Of a stretch of 64,000 nucleotides of DNA, positions 50,879 to 63,678 are shown piece by piece; the first letter of the stretch is position 1, and every line of letters begins with the position of its first letter. The notes beneath the pieces are model-generated. The model made no database searches. It was given only the letters and a program-made list of their open reading frames with translations, and was not told the DNA's origin. The translations under genes and the position numbers were made by a program. Source of the DNA: Squalus acanthias (lineage: Eukaryota); NCBI GenBank assembly GCA_030390025.1, contig CM059432.1, forward strand, positions 28,088,001 through 28,152,000, read 5' to 3'.

Positions 50879-51719
50879 CATTATATTATATTATTTCTTT
50901 GTCTTGGATAATGCAGCAAGAGCATTGGAGCCAGTATATTCTATGTATGTAGAGCGAGATCAACCAATTCACATCATTTATCTGTTCTGTGGGGTGGGGG
51001 GGGGGGGTGTGGTTGCGGGGTAGGGTGTTAGGTCAACAGGGATGGGAGGGCACAAGGACACTAAGCGTGCAGAGTTTCTCAAATTTTTCAGGCCATACTT
51101 TAATGGTAGCCTCTCATTCTAAGCAGGCGCAGTACAGCTGGAGTGCTGCTCAGTTATTCTAGCCGTCTCACATCATTATGTCCATCCAAGTAGCTTAAAG
51201 GTCAACTCGTGATCACATAGATTTGCACCCCAGGAGATGAGGAAGGGAAAGAGAGGAAATTGGGGGAAGAAAGGAGGTGTGTTGGAAGGCTTTAATGCAA
51301 TCTGTGTTTTCCAGTAACTATAGCTTTAATCTCCTGATATTCTCCCCCTCCTTCTCCCATCTCCAGAGCCAACAATTGCTGCAATGGCTTTGTAACGTCT
51401 CTACACATTATCTTTCAACTCATCTGTCATGAGCTATGGTCCTTTCACAACTGATCACTAACTGTGGTGAAATGCTACTGATGCAATACACTGATAAAGG
51501 CTAAGGAAGAGTTCACAAACCCAAACATGGGCTGTACCAGCACGTGTGCAATGTAGCGCAGTACAATAATCCCACAATGAAATACCCTCCTCATCGCCTG
51601 CATTCATCACTGTGTGCACATTAGACACAGACAGACAATGTATCTATATTTCTATCGCACTTGTATGTTCTATGGCCTCATCTCTACCAACCCCGTCTGT
51701 ATATATGCACATAAACATT

Positions 51720-52255
51720 TACAAGTCAGGAGTGTGATGGAATACTCTCCACTTGCCTGAATGGGTGCAGCTACAACAACACTCAAGAAGTTCGACACCA
51801 TCCAGGACAAAGTAGTCCACTTGATCGACAGTCCATCCACCACCTTAAACATCCACTCTCTCTACTACTGGTGCACCGTGGCTGCAGCATGTACTATCTA
51901 CAGGATTCCATGCAACAACTCGCCAAGGCTTCTTTGACAGCACCTCTGAAGCCCATGACCTCCACCACCTAGAAGCACAAGGGCAGCAGGTGCATGGGAA
52001 CACTACCAGATCCAAGTTCCCCTCCAAGTCATACACCATCCTGACTTGGACATATATCCCCGTTCCTTCATCATTGCTGGGTTAAAATCCTGAAACTCCC
52101 TACTTAACAGCACTGTGGGAGTAGCTACATTGCATGGACTGCAGCGGTGCAAGAAGGTGGCCAACCATCACTTTCTCAAGGGCAATGAGAGATGGGCAAT
52201 AAATGCTGGCCTTTCCAGTGATGCCCATATCTCGAGAATGAATAAATAAAATAAC
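51720..52255 (+). mobile_element. CR1-group LINE 3' fragment (older family)
   Basis: RSVMEYSPLA..KFDTIQDK remnant; tail gatgggcaataaatgctggcc..gaatgaataaa. Confidence 0.75.
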
Positions 52256-52344
52256 CACATTTTGTTATTTAGCGGTCTTTCATTTGCATAATTTCTTCAC
52301 GTGTAAAGACCAGTAATAAATAATAACTGGGCAGATCTCTCGTG

Positions 52345-52415
52345 AGAAGTCGCACAACACCAGGTTATAGTCCAACAGCTTTATTTGAAATCACAAGCTT
52401 TCGGAGCGCTGCGGT
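52345..52415 (-). mobile_element. 71-bp Penelope pseudo-LTR stub with 10-bp TSD
   Basis: Matches 5976-6038; atctctcgtg duplicated at 52335-52344 and 52416-52425. Confidence 0.85.
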
Positions 52416-53164
52416 ATCTCTCGTGGTATTGCACATGGATAGTCTAGGGTCTGGAACAAGGTCCTGCATCACTCTAGCATAGCGTTTACGACGTCACTAA
52501 CACATAGCAACCAGAGGAAATATTATTGGGGCAAAGAGGAGCTTCACTCTGCATCAAAACCGCGTTGTACCAAACCTCGGAGTGCTTGACACTGACCAAA
52601 ATAGAAAATGTTCTGCTCCTCAGTGCGGACATTTCGTTGGCTCCATAGCCACAAAAAACACTTTTAAAAAGGAACAAATAAGCCCAAAACTAAAAAATAG
52701 AAGAGGACCACTGCATCTTCGACTTCTTGTAATATACCATTTAAATTCTTCTTGCTGCAAACTCACAACAAAAGCACAATGAAAATATACCTAGAGATTA
52801 AGCAAAGGTTCCAATTTTGCTATCTCTTTGAATAGTTTATAAAAATAAGCATGGTTTTGGGGTCTGGCACACAAAGTCTGCAAATGTGTAGTGCTGCTGT
52901 GTTTCTTTTCGAGAACTGGACTAATGGAAACTTTGGCCTGCACTTCAGCCCCAACTTCCCCATTTTGAGGTTCAGTCTGATCCATCTGATAGCACAGTAG
53001 TTACAGCTGGGAAACTGTCTTGAACTTTTTTTTGAAAAATAAGGACCAACATTCTTGCTCTGTTTGGTCTTTTCTTACAGTGGGTTTTAATTTTCTCTGT
53101 CTATTGTTTTTAACTCACTGGTTAATGTATTCATGTTCAACGCACTCTTTTAACCTGTTTAACA

Positions 53165-53555
53165 AGAAAGAAAGACTTGCATTTATGTAGCACCTTTTAT
53201 GACCTCAGGACGTCCCAAAGCGCTTTACAGCCAATGAAGTACTTTTGAAGTGTAGTCACTGTTGTAATGTAGGAAACGCGACAGTCAATCTACGCACAGC
53301 AAGCTCCCATAAACAGCAATTCAGATCATCTGTTTTTATTGATGTTGGTTGAGGGATAAATATTGGCCAGGACACCAGGGAGAACTTCCCTCTTCTTCAA
53401 AATAGTGCCACGGGATCTTTTACGTTCACCTGAGAGAGCAGACAGAGCCTCGGTTTAACGTCTCATCCGAAATACAGCAACTCTGACAGTGCAGCACTCC
53501 CTCAGTGCTGCACTGCAGTGTCAGACTAGATTATATGCTCAACCACTGAGCTACA
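53165..53555 (-). mobile_element. SacSINE1-like Deu SINE
   Basis: Family match. Confidence 0.85.
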
Positions 53556-54214
53556 GATTAAAGACAGCAATCTGCAAATGCAGAAGTGGTCAATAAAACC
53601 AAGAAAATGAAGGCTTAACATTGACTTTATATATCTAAGTAAAATGTGCTTATGAAATCTAGGCTTCATATGAAATCGTATTCTTGAAGAAAGCGCAGTA
53701 TTTAACTCCATGCACGCCATGGACCCTGAACCTTGTGAGATCAAGCAGGTCAGGTACAGCACAGTCAGATGTGGAATAAAGTTCAGTCTCGAGAGTTCCC
53801 TGCATAAATTTGCAATTGTGCAAGTCGGATTTTGCTACACGAGTCTATTGCACAACAGGACAGTGTGATCTATGCACTTGGTTAAAACTAAACAATGTCA
53901 AAACAACTTTCAATTCCTGCTTCTCTAAAGTACTTTCTTTTGAAAACATCACAAAGTAAAGAGACTGGAGGAACATTCCTTTGTAGTTCTTTTTTTCGGT
54001 GTCTGCACTTAACAGGAAGAAGTGATACTAATGCTGGGGAGCGGAACACTTGTCCACTTCAAGCACTCAGTGTCAGTCACAAGCACTCACAGGTCAGGTC
54101 CAGCAAGTACTGGAAGCAAAGTAAAGGTGTCTCAACAATGTGCCCTAAACTCCGATATCTGAAGAACATCCTTACTGCATCAGTGTGACATTTTTATTTC
54201 CCACACCAATTAAT

Positions 54215-54645
54215 AGAAAGAAAAAATAAAGGATTTGCATTTATACAGCAACTTTTACGACCTCCGGACATCCCATAGCACTTTACAGCCACTTTACTTT
54301 TTAAGTGCAGTTACTGTTGAAATGTAGGAAACACGGCAGCCAATTTGCACAGAGCAAGTGTCCACAAACAGCAATGAGATAATGACCAGATCATCTGTTT
54401 TAGTGATGTTGGTTGAGAGATAAATATAGGCCAGGACACCAGGAAAACTCCACTGCTCTTCTTCGAATAGTGCCATGGGATCTTTTACGTCCATCTGGAA
54501 GATGCCAGCTCCGACAGTGCAGTGGACCCTCAGTACTTGACAGAAGTGTTAGCCTAGATTTTGCACTCAAGTTTCTGGAGCGGGACTTGAACCACAACCT
54601 TCTGACTCAGAAGTGAGAGTGCTGCCACTGAGCCAAGGCTGACAT
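54215..54645 (-). mobile_element. SacSINE1-like Deu SINE
   Basis: Family match. Confidence 0.85.
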
Positions 54646-55494
54646 CTTAGCTAATGCCAAATTAATTTTTGCAACTGTCTTAACTCATTTCACAAAGGAC
54701 CCTACCAGCCTGCGGAGAGAGGAGATTTTCATCTCAGGTTCTGCTTACATTCGAACAGTTCTAAAGTCATCTGTTGATTGTGAAGTGCTTTGATATGATC
54801 TGAGGATGTGATAAGGTGCTATATAAATGCAAGTTGTTTCTTTCTATATTTCGGGACACAGTATATGAAAAAAGAAAAGACTTGCATTTATATAGTGCCT
54901 TTCACGACCACCGGATGTCTCAAAGCGCTTTACAGCCAATGAAGTACTTTTGGAGTGTAGTCACTGATGTAATGTGGGAATATGAGTAACATATGGTATG
55001 TGTAGCATGTTAGGGAGGACAAGGGGACTTTGGACCTATGGTTCCCAAAACTTTCCACCACTGGGATTTCCCTCGCCTCATGTTTGGGTCTGTTGTAGAT
55101 TAATTGATAGCGATTGATTGCCATGATAAGTCAACAGCTCCATTATTGTTGTATCGTATGACTACCAGGATGGTAGGAGGCGAACTAGACAGACCGCGGT
55201 CTTTTTCTGTCTAGCAATTTCAATGCTCCTATGATTTTTCATTAGACTGGGTGATCCCATGGTCCGTGGCTAAGCCACTTCATCATCCAGGTTCCCAAAT
55301 ATTTTGTACCTGTACCATACAGGCAGGTAAACACACCTGGTTTCATTAATACGTGAGGTTTCATTAACATGTGAGGACATGACTGTACAGTTAAGTGCCA
55401 GCTTCGCTCAGTTGGTCGCACTCCTACTTCTGAGTCAGAATATCTCATGTTTTCCTGCCCACAGTGTTTACACACAAATGCTGAGGATTAAGAC

Positions 55495-55558
55495 ATGGGG
55501 AACACCTTTAAGTCTGCACCAGTCGAAACAGAACCAGCTCTACAGGAGCCCCTTACAG
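55495..55558 (+). CDS. SLA: Src-like adaptor (SLAP), first coding exon; exon starts at 55465 after acceptor ttttcctgcccacAG
   Basis: Strong Kozak gacATGG with in-frame TAA 6 nt upstream. Encodes MGNTFKSAPVETEPALQEPLT, an N-myristoylation-type MG start like human SLA MGNSMKS. Ends in phase-1 donor G|gtaagc at 55558/55559 and joins the next exon in frame. Confidence 0.9.
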
Positions 55559-56004
55559 GTAAGCTGTGACTCAATCCCATAACTGGATGATGAACGCTGA
55601 TGAGGAAAATAAATGAATGGATGTTTCCCTTGGAGGCTGAGGTAAATTTGTAACTTACTAAATATTCATTGAGGGGCACAGTCCCATGCAGCATCTTGCT
55701 CAATGACCACTTGCAGAAATGCTCCACCACAGAGTGATGGGAAACAGAGCTACAATCTCAGTTCCCTGTCTTCAAACGTGCCAGTCAATGTAGTTTCCGA
55801 GCCATCCAGGGTACTTTCAAAAAAAGGGTGATTTCTCAACATTGACAATTTGATTCCCTTGTGAGGAATACAGTTCCTTGGACTTCAGGAACCCTCTAGT
55901 TCCTTGTCTATTTATTCGTGTGTGTGAACTTTGACAGTGAGTGACAGCCAAGCCATTTGACCATGAAGAAGCCCGACCTCGTCCTCGACTAATGTCCACG
56001 CACT

Positions 56005-56514
56005 CTGTTTATAAAGCCAAGGATCCCGTATGCTTTTTTAACAGCCTGATCAACTTGTCTTGCCACCTTAAAAGATTTGTGTATATAAACCCCCAGGTTC
56101 ATGCACCCCCTTTAAAAATACTATTTAGTTTATATTGCCTCTCCTCATTCTTCCTTCCAAAATGCATCACTTCACACTTTTCTGCATTACATTTCTGCCA
56201 TGTATCTGCCCATTTCACCAGTCTGTCTGTATCCTCTGAAGTCTGCTGCTATCCTTCTTACTGTTTACTCTATTTCCAAGTTTCAGGTCATCTGCAAACT
56301 TTGAAATTATGCCCTGCATACCCAAGTCCAGGTCATTAATACATATATATAATCTCAAAAAGAGCAGTGATCCTAATACCGACCCCTGGGGGACACCACT
56401 GTACACCTCCCTTCAGTCTGAAAAACAACCGTTCATCACTACTCTCTGCTTTCTGCCGCTTAGCCAAATTCGTATCCATGCTGCCACTTCCTCTTTAATC
56501 CCATGGGCTTCAAT
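56005..56514 (-). mobile_element. CR1 internal RT fragment in SLA intron
   Basis: GVPQGSVLG and ISKFADD remnants. Confidence 0.85.
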
Positions 56515-56918
56515 TGAGCTTGAGTATATAATCTAGTCTTGCATTTCAGTTGTAGCACTGAGGGAGTGCTACACTGTCGGAGTTGCTGTCTTTCAGATGA
56601 AACGTTAAACAGAGGCCTTGTCTGCCCTCTCAGGTGGACGTAAAAGATCCCATGGCACTATTCAAAGATGAGCAGGGGAGTTCTTCCTGTCTTCCTTGTC
56701 CTAGACAATAATTATCCCTTAACCAACACCACTAAAATGGATTATCAGGTCATTATCTCATTGCTGCTTGTGGGACCTTGCTATGCGAAAATTGGCTGCC
56801 GCTAATTCCTAAATTAAAACAGAGACTACACTTCAGCAAAAGTACCTCATTGGCTGTAAAGCACTTTGGGACATCCTGAGATCATGAAAGGCACTATATA
56901 AATGCAATTTCTTTCTTT
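56515..56918 (+). mobile_element. SacSINE1-like Deu SINE in SLA intron
   Basis: Family match; ends about 60 nt before the SLA acceptor. Confidence 0.85.
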
Positions 56919-56976
56919 AAAATGTTTTGAACAACAAGTTTGCCACAAGTTTCACCCAGATTTCCCTCTTTTACAG

Positions 56977-57076
56977 TGGACAGCAACGATGTGCTGGTTA
57001 CAATTTATGACTACCCGCCACCAACGATAAGCCAACCGATCTTCAGGATGGGGGAGAAACTACGCGTTGTAGCAGA
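56977..57076 (+). CDS. SLA: Src-like adaptor (SLAP), second coding exon, start of SH3 domain
   Basis: Acceptor ttccctcttttacAG, donor GA|gtaagt, 100 nt. Translates (V)DSNDVLVTIYDYPPPTISQPIFRMGEKLRVVA(E/D), matching human SLA GLDSDFLAVLSDYPSPDISPPIFRRGEKLRVISD as recalled. Confidence 0.93.
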
Positions 57077-58151
57077 GTAAGTAAAATCCTACCAACACAA
57101 TACTTAACAAGGAACGCAGGGAGGAACCTCAGTAATAAAGTACTGCTCTTTACTATGTTTTTACACAGTAGGCTAAATTCACCATGCTCCCAGCTTGAAA
57201 CCACACATGAAAGATGAATCAGCGCTACGGTATTATAGCTCTACCTCTGACTCATGCTCTCTTTGAGCGTTGTCCGGGATTGGTGAGTTTACCTTTGTGA
57301 GCACTCATGGCTGACAGTCAGGCACTTTAGGTGATCACCAAGAAATTGTACAAAATCTACCATTTCTCCCCCTCTCCAGCTCATCTCCTCAAGGCATTGC
57401 CTCATGCCAATTCCACTGGTGGCAACAGCACTTTGTCACCTCATGCAGGTGAGCCTAAACAGTGACCATCCACAAGTTATTTGACCATGGTGAAGGGGTT
57501 ATTGAAGCCTTGTCCACTGTTGTTATCACCCAATGTTCATGTGCTCATGCATGCCCACACACAGCACACACACACATGCAGACATACACACAGATGCATA
57601 CAAACACACGCACACATACTTTCTAGCAGGGTTTACTGGATAGTGATCAAGATTGAAAGCTGCTTGATTTCCCCCCCCCACTCATCCTAGTTAGATGCAC
57701 TGGGGCCAATTATAGTGTCTCTTCTGCCACCCCGGCTAAGATTGGTCAACTCAGCTCAGATTTCTCAGTAGCTTAATTTGGCGAGTCTTAAATGTGCTAA
57801 TGGGTTTCTGCACATGGCTGACCAAAATGAAAGGCAGTGTTAATCATCAGAGTCCTTTCATTGATTTTAAAGCCTTCAAGATCACTCCATGCTATTCTTT
57901 CTGTAAAATATGCAGGACTCTGAATAATATTTTTCTGTACTATTGCAGTTGAAGTTAGAAAAGTGGCTGTAGTTTCAACGTGAACCTCTTATTTTCTCAG
58001 CAAGCCAAGTGAAAGATCATTTTTTGGCACGTTGCTCAAAGAGGGTAAAAGCCTAATCAACCCCTCCCGTATTTACACAATTAACTTGGTCCAACTGGGG
58101 TCAAGGGGCCATCTCTAAAGCATGTACAGCAGCAGGAGTAGAAAATATTGG

Positions 58152-58304
58152 CGGGAATTACTTTGGGGGTTGTTCTGATCAGCTGCCTTAACTTTGAAGG
58201 AAGGTCGGCGGAAATTCTGAATAATCATGTAAGTGGTGTTTCTGGTGATCTTCCTCCAAAGTTATGGCAGCCGATCGGGAGAACCCACCCCGAGGAAATT
58301 CCCG
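58152..58304. mobile_element. Short palindromic (hairpin) MITE
   Basis: Arms of about 60 bp: cgggaatt..gatcagctgccttaactttgaaggaagg / cttcctccaaagttatggcagccgatc..aattcccg. Related half-copy at 21365-21510. Confidence 0.72.
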
Positions 58305-60944
58305 ATGTATGTACCCAAGAAATGAAGAGCAGGGCTTATGCTAAAGAGTATGGGGTTGAGGTATAGATCAACCATGATCTAATTGAATGGCAGAACAGGC
58401 TGAAGGAGCTGAATGGCCTCCTCCTGCTCCAATGTATGCTATTTTCCACCCCTGTTTATAATGTTCAGATTTAAAATGTTTTATTAAATGTTTGCTTTAT
58501 CTGGTGAAAAGTTGTACTGGAGATCTGAATTAATTGGTTTTGGTGATGCAGAGAGGTAAAAAGGTCAACTAATAAAAGGGTTCAAAAGGCCTACAATTGG
58601 CGGAGCAGAATGGCCTGAATAATCACCATGGACCTTTTGCTCAGCCCCTTCTGAGCTGTGGCTCCCTGCACCATTCTTGCTGACAGAAGAATACCACTGT
58701 AGACAGTGGGGAACACTGCTCAACCAAAGCAACAATGTGCAGGCGCAATCGCATTTAGCTGTCATTTCCTGTTGAGTATTGCTTTATTCAGGTTAAAAAA
58801 AAAAGTCCAACCCTGATAAATCCATCTAGTGTTTGAAAATGTGGATTAGAGTCTCTATTAAAAGACCAATAACGTTTAAAAAAAAAATTCAATCGTGCCC
58901 CAATAATTCAGTTGTCCAGCGTCCGATTTAGAATTGAGTCATAATGGTCCCAAATTCAACTCTAGCTCTGAGTGAGTTGACCTTAGCTCGGGGTGGCGAA
59001 AGAAGCAATACAATTGACTCATGGCTCAAAGGCCGAGGTGGAGAAAAAAGATCAGCAATTAATCTTGCTCACAATCGCTATTCTGTGGGCCCTCTGGATA
59101 ATGGATGTCAGGGTAGAGATTGGGTGAGGCTGTGATGCTTCCGCAATCAAGTAGTCCATTGATATATAAGAGCGACAGAGGTACCAGAGGGCTCACGGCA
59201 CCTGCGGAACTGTCTCACAGCAAGAGTCAATACTACAAGGACAGAAGGTAAGAAAGGGTGAAAATTATATGCAATATGTTTTGGAAAAAAAAATCAATTT
59301 TATGTAGACGTGACTCATTGTCTTCAGGTGAGGTATGGCAGATTTTGACTATATCATGGACTGAGCATGAATTAATTTTCAAACTGCTCGCATCTAATAG
59401 TTGGTGATGATTTTTCCTTTAAACTGCCTCCCCCACCAACTACCACCCCCCACCCGTATAACATTTGAATTGATACCACTGAAGATTCTGCTGCTCAATT
59501 TGCAGTAGCAGGTTTACTGAGGGGAGGGCTGGTAAAACTTGCTCACGCACTTGGTAACTCTTGAAATCCTAGACAGCACTGTGTATCCATTTTGTTGCCC
59601 TGTACACACATGAACTGCGATTCTTAGAAGCAGCCCACTGGCACTCTGTTTTCCTAATCAGTTCTTTGCAATTTGCACACAAGGTAGCAGTTTCATTACA
59701 TGAGTGAGAGGAGATTTTCAAGAAGATGATGGGAATTGACAAAGCTCATGCAGGCAAATTGCTCACAATAGTGAAAAGGTCAAATACAAGGGGACATAAG
59801 TTGAAAACTAAAAAATTAAGAATAAGAAGCAAAGGAATATCTTCACCCAAAAGAAGCGAAGGTTTTTGAAGTGGGCAGTATAAATGAGTTCAAGAGGCAA
59901 TTAGATATGTTTCTGGAGCAAGTTTCTGGGGTATGGCGAGCAGCTAGATGGGTTGGGTTGAGATCAGACAGAAAGGGTTAGGTTTTTTAGGACCTATTGC
60001 TAGGCCTTTTGCTGTTTCTATTATATTCTATTGTAAGCACAACTGTTGTACTACTGCTAGTACAAAAACATCACCATTGAAACTAGGAACAGTGGCATAA
60101 CAGTGGAGAAGGTATCTATCTTACCATTGTAGAGATGCACTAAACATGATGAAATGTGTCTATAAAAGTTTTGTGTAACAGGTACTGCTGTTAGGCTTGG
60201 ACCAAGGGAAGAGGTTTAGGTCATACAGTGAAAATGAATAGGACGTGCACGGTCTCATTGGAGATCTTAATCTCCACTCTGAATCTTTGTACTCATCAAG
60301 GTTAGGACTATCAGCATACTTGCATTATCCATTGCTGAAACCAATCACACCCAAGGTCAAATGCAGCATGGGTTAGGTTCAGAGCTAAGTCCCTTCTCCT
60401 CTAGTTGAGCAAATTTGCTTCAGGCCTATCCTCAAAAAAATCACCCTCTAACACACGAGTGTACCAACACCACCACTTGTGATCTCAGTGAGCAAGGTTG
60501 ACAATTCAATTCAGTGCAGAATTATGTCGGGCCTTCTGGGAAGTAGGGGAGAACTAGCCCAAACTCAGACCTCCTTACTATCCAGGATCAGATATGCAAT
60601 TGAACCAATTTTAGTGTATATTTGTGACCTCAAAACTCTGGAACACTTCATCTCCTTCAGTCTCCCATTCCTCCAACAATCTACAGGCTTTTAAAACACA
60701 ACCTGCCTTCTCTTTCCACCCGGGGTGGTGTCTCGCACCGTGGGCCTTGGGCTTTCAACTAGATTTCTCAATAATTAAAAAAAAACAGAAAATGAGACTG
60801 CATTTCTGCAAAGTCACAAACGAGATTCAGTACAGATTAATGCAACTGTGTGCTTATTGTATAACACATCACAACTGTTTTCAAGAACTCTGTGTGTGAA
60901 CTTAGAATTGCACAAGTTACGCCCTTGATTAAAACGGACGAGAT

Positions 60945-61405
60945 AAGAACTTACAAAAATGACAGGCAGGAAAAAATAGCCGATCCATCACGCCTGCCCC
61001 ACACTCATGATGGCTGCAGCAGCATCAGTAGACACTTCATACCCCACGCCCCATCTCACGCTCCCCGCCCCTACCCGCAGCCATGTAATCTCCTGGGGAA
61101 AAAAGAGAAAAACCCGGGGCCAATAAGGGGAAAAAATATTCTGATAAATTCCTTTCCCACACCCTCAGATGATTGCATCCAGTCCAGGAGATCACATGGT
61201 CCATGCGTTCATTATCTGTTGATCCACTTGCTGTCTATATGATGCAATCTCTGCCCCGGTCAGTTCCCTTTTGAAGTTATGTAGGGACACAGCACATACT
61301 GCAGCAGCTGGCAACGTATTCCAGAGGCTCACTACGCTGTTAGATAAGAAGAACCCCCCGGCATCCAGTCTATTCCTACTTTTGAGTTGTTTAAATGCAA
61401 GTCCC
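60945..61405 (-). mobile_element. CR1 family with long 3' UTR, 3' fragment
   Basis: FFLSNSVVSLWNTLP..SLHNFKREL remnant followed by a UTR shared with 16127-16396. Confidence 0.72.
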
Positions 61406-61794
61406 CTGATCCTGCCCAATCAGCATGAATTAACTCAGCATGAAGCAAGAAGTGAACCTGGAACCTTGCTGAGCTGTGTAAATGAGCGGCAGAGGGCTTC
61501 AGGGCCCATATCTTGGAAGTGGCACAAACATTCGAGGAAATTCTCATGTAGTGATGCTTCGACATAAAACTGGCGTAAATCAATTACGTGCAAATTTCAG
61601 TGGGAAAAAAACAGCGCAACTCTGCTCTTATGCTGTAGTTACACCAAAACTTTCCAGGAAATTTCAGACCATTATATCTCATGATAGTTAAAAGAATCCT
61701 CAAGATTCATTGTTTTGATAATGACAAAATCTAAACTCCTTGATTAGATTCCAGCCTTGTAACTCAAACCTAGGGATCCATTATTCTCGATATA

Positions 61795-62645
61795 AAAAGA
61801 AAGAAATAACTTGCATTTATATAGCACCTTTCACATCCTCAAGATGTCCCAAAGCATTTCACAGCCAATTAAATGTTTTTGAAGTGTAATCAATATTGTA
61901 GGCAAACTGGCAGCCAATGTCTGACAGACAGCAGTGAGATAAATGAGATAATCTGTTTTTGTGGTGTTGATTGAGGGATAAATCTTAGCCAGGACACTGG
62001 GAGAACTGCCCTGCTGTTCTTCAAATAATATCACAGGACGTTTTACAGGCTGACTGGACCTTTGTTTAACATCTTGTTTAAAATATCAGGTGGTATATAT
62101 AGGGTCCATGTGGTCCACTAGACTAGTTTCAATCATCTAAGGATGTCAGAGAAAAAAAATCCCAGGTTTTTTCATCCCTGATTGGCCTTGGTGGATTTCT
62201 TTGTTTAAATTCTCCCAGGAGCTTACATGACTGTTGGTGGGTTTGTGAGCTGGTGGGTATGGGTGCCTAATCGTGCTGCTCCAGGCTTTTTCTAAATTAT
62301 TCATTCATGGGATGTGAGCGTCACTGGCAAGGCCAGCATTTATTGCCCATCCCTAATTGCCCTTAAAACGGTGGTGGTGAGCCACCTTCTTAAACTGCTG
62401 CAGTCCAATGCTGTTGGGGAGGGAGTTCCAGGATTTTGACCCAGCGACGATGAAGGATGGTCTTTTCCTGCCCGTCGATTTTATATGTTTGCATCTCATC
62501 CAAAAGGTGGCACTTGCGACAGTGCGGCACTCCCTCAGTACTGCTCTTGAAGTATCAGCCTAGATTATGTGCTCAGTGGGGCTTGGAACTCATGACGTTC
62601 TGACTTAGAGGTGAAAGTGCTACCACTGAGCCAAGGCTGACACTA
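61795..62645 (-). mobile_element. SacSINE1-like SINE split by LINE 3' fragments (about 62080-62490)
   Basis: SINE halves at 61795-62075 and 62490-62645. Confidence 0.72.
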
Positions 62646-63392
62646 TAGTATTGAATAACTTGCCAAATACTTTACTAATATTCCTTAATAAAGTGGATGT
62701 TCCATTCATATCGATCTCTCTTTTTCTTCCAGAGAAGGTGATTGGTGGAGAGTGAGGTCCATTATTGCTGGACATGAGAGCTACATCCCACGTGCCTGTG
62801 CCGCTCGAGTTTACCATGGGTAGGTTTATTAGATACAGTTCACCTTTTCTTGTTTGTTTGTCTTGCATTTTCCTCCCCCAACAACAACTTGAATTTATAT
62901 AGCGCCTTTAATGTAGTAAAACATCCCAAGGCGCTTTGTTAGCAAACAAAAATTTGACATCACGACACATAAGGAGATATTAGGACAGGTAACCAAAACC
63001 TTGGTCAAAGGGGTAGGTTTTAAGGAGCATCTTAAAGGAGGAGAGAGAGGTAAAGAGGCGGAGCGACTGAGGAAGGGAAATCAAGAGCTTGGGTCCAAGG
63101 CAGCGGAAGGCACGGCCGCCAATGGAGGAGCGATCAAAATCAGGGATGCGCAAGAGGCCCAAATTGGAGGAGTGCTGAGATCTCAGAGGGTTGTAGGGCT
63201 GGAGGAGGTTACAAAGATATGGAGGGGCTCCACATTCAATCAAAGAACTGGCCTCAGCACTCCTGGGGCTAAGGAGGGGGAAAATTAATCAGTTTCTTCT
63301 CTTGAGTACTATCAAGTACCCCATAGTGGAAGGTGCATTTATGGGGTCACTTAGTGAGGACAAATTCAAGCTCAGCTGGGATGCACCTCCAT

Positions 63393-63678
63393 GTCCAAAA
63401 ATGTGCGGGTTAGGTTGATTTGGCTATGATAAATTGACCCTTAGTGTTAGGGGGGGATTAAATATGTGGGGTTATGGGGATAGGATGGGATATGTTAGGG
63501 GAAATTAAATACATGGGGTTACGGGGGTAGGGTGGGATATGTGTACTGTGGGGATTAAAGCAGGGACAGGGTATTGGATTTGGATGATCAGCCATGATCG
63601 TATTGAATGGTGGAGCAGGCTCGACGGGCCGAATGGCCTACTCCTGCTCCTAGATTCTATGTTTCTATGTTTCTATGT
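63393..63678 (+). mobile_element. 5'-truncated young V-SINE inside an AmnSINE2-like element
   Basis: Near-identical to 4327-4602; atgtc repeated at both junctions. Confidence 0.9.

Noticed and set aside
55737..55793. Second MGN start (ATGGGAAACAGA)
   Set aside because: Stops after 18 codons, has no good donor, and lies in the SLA intron.
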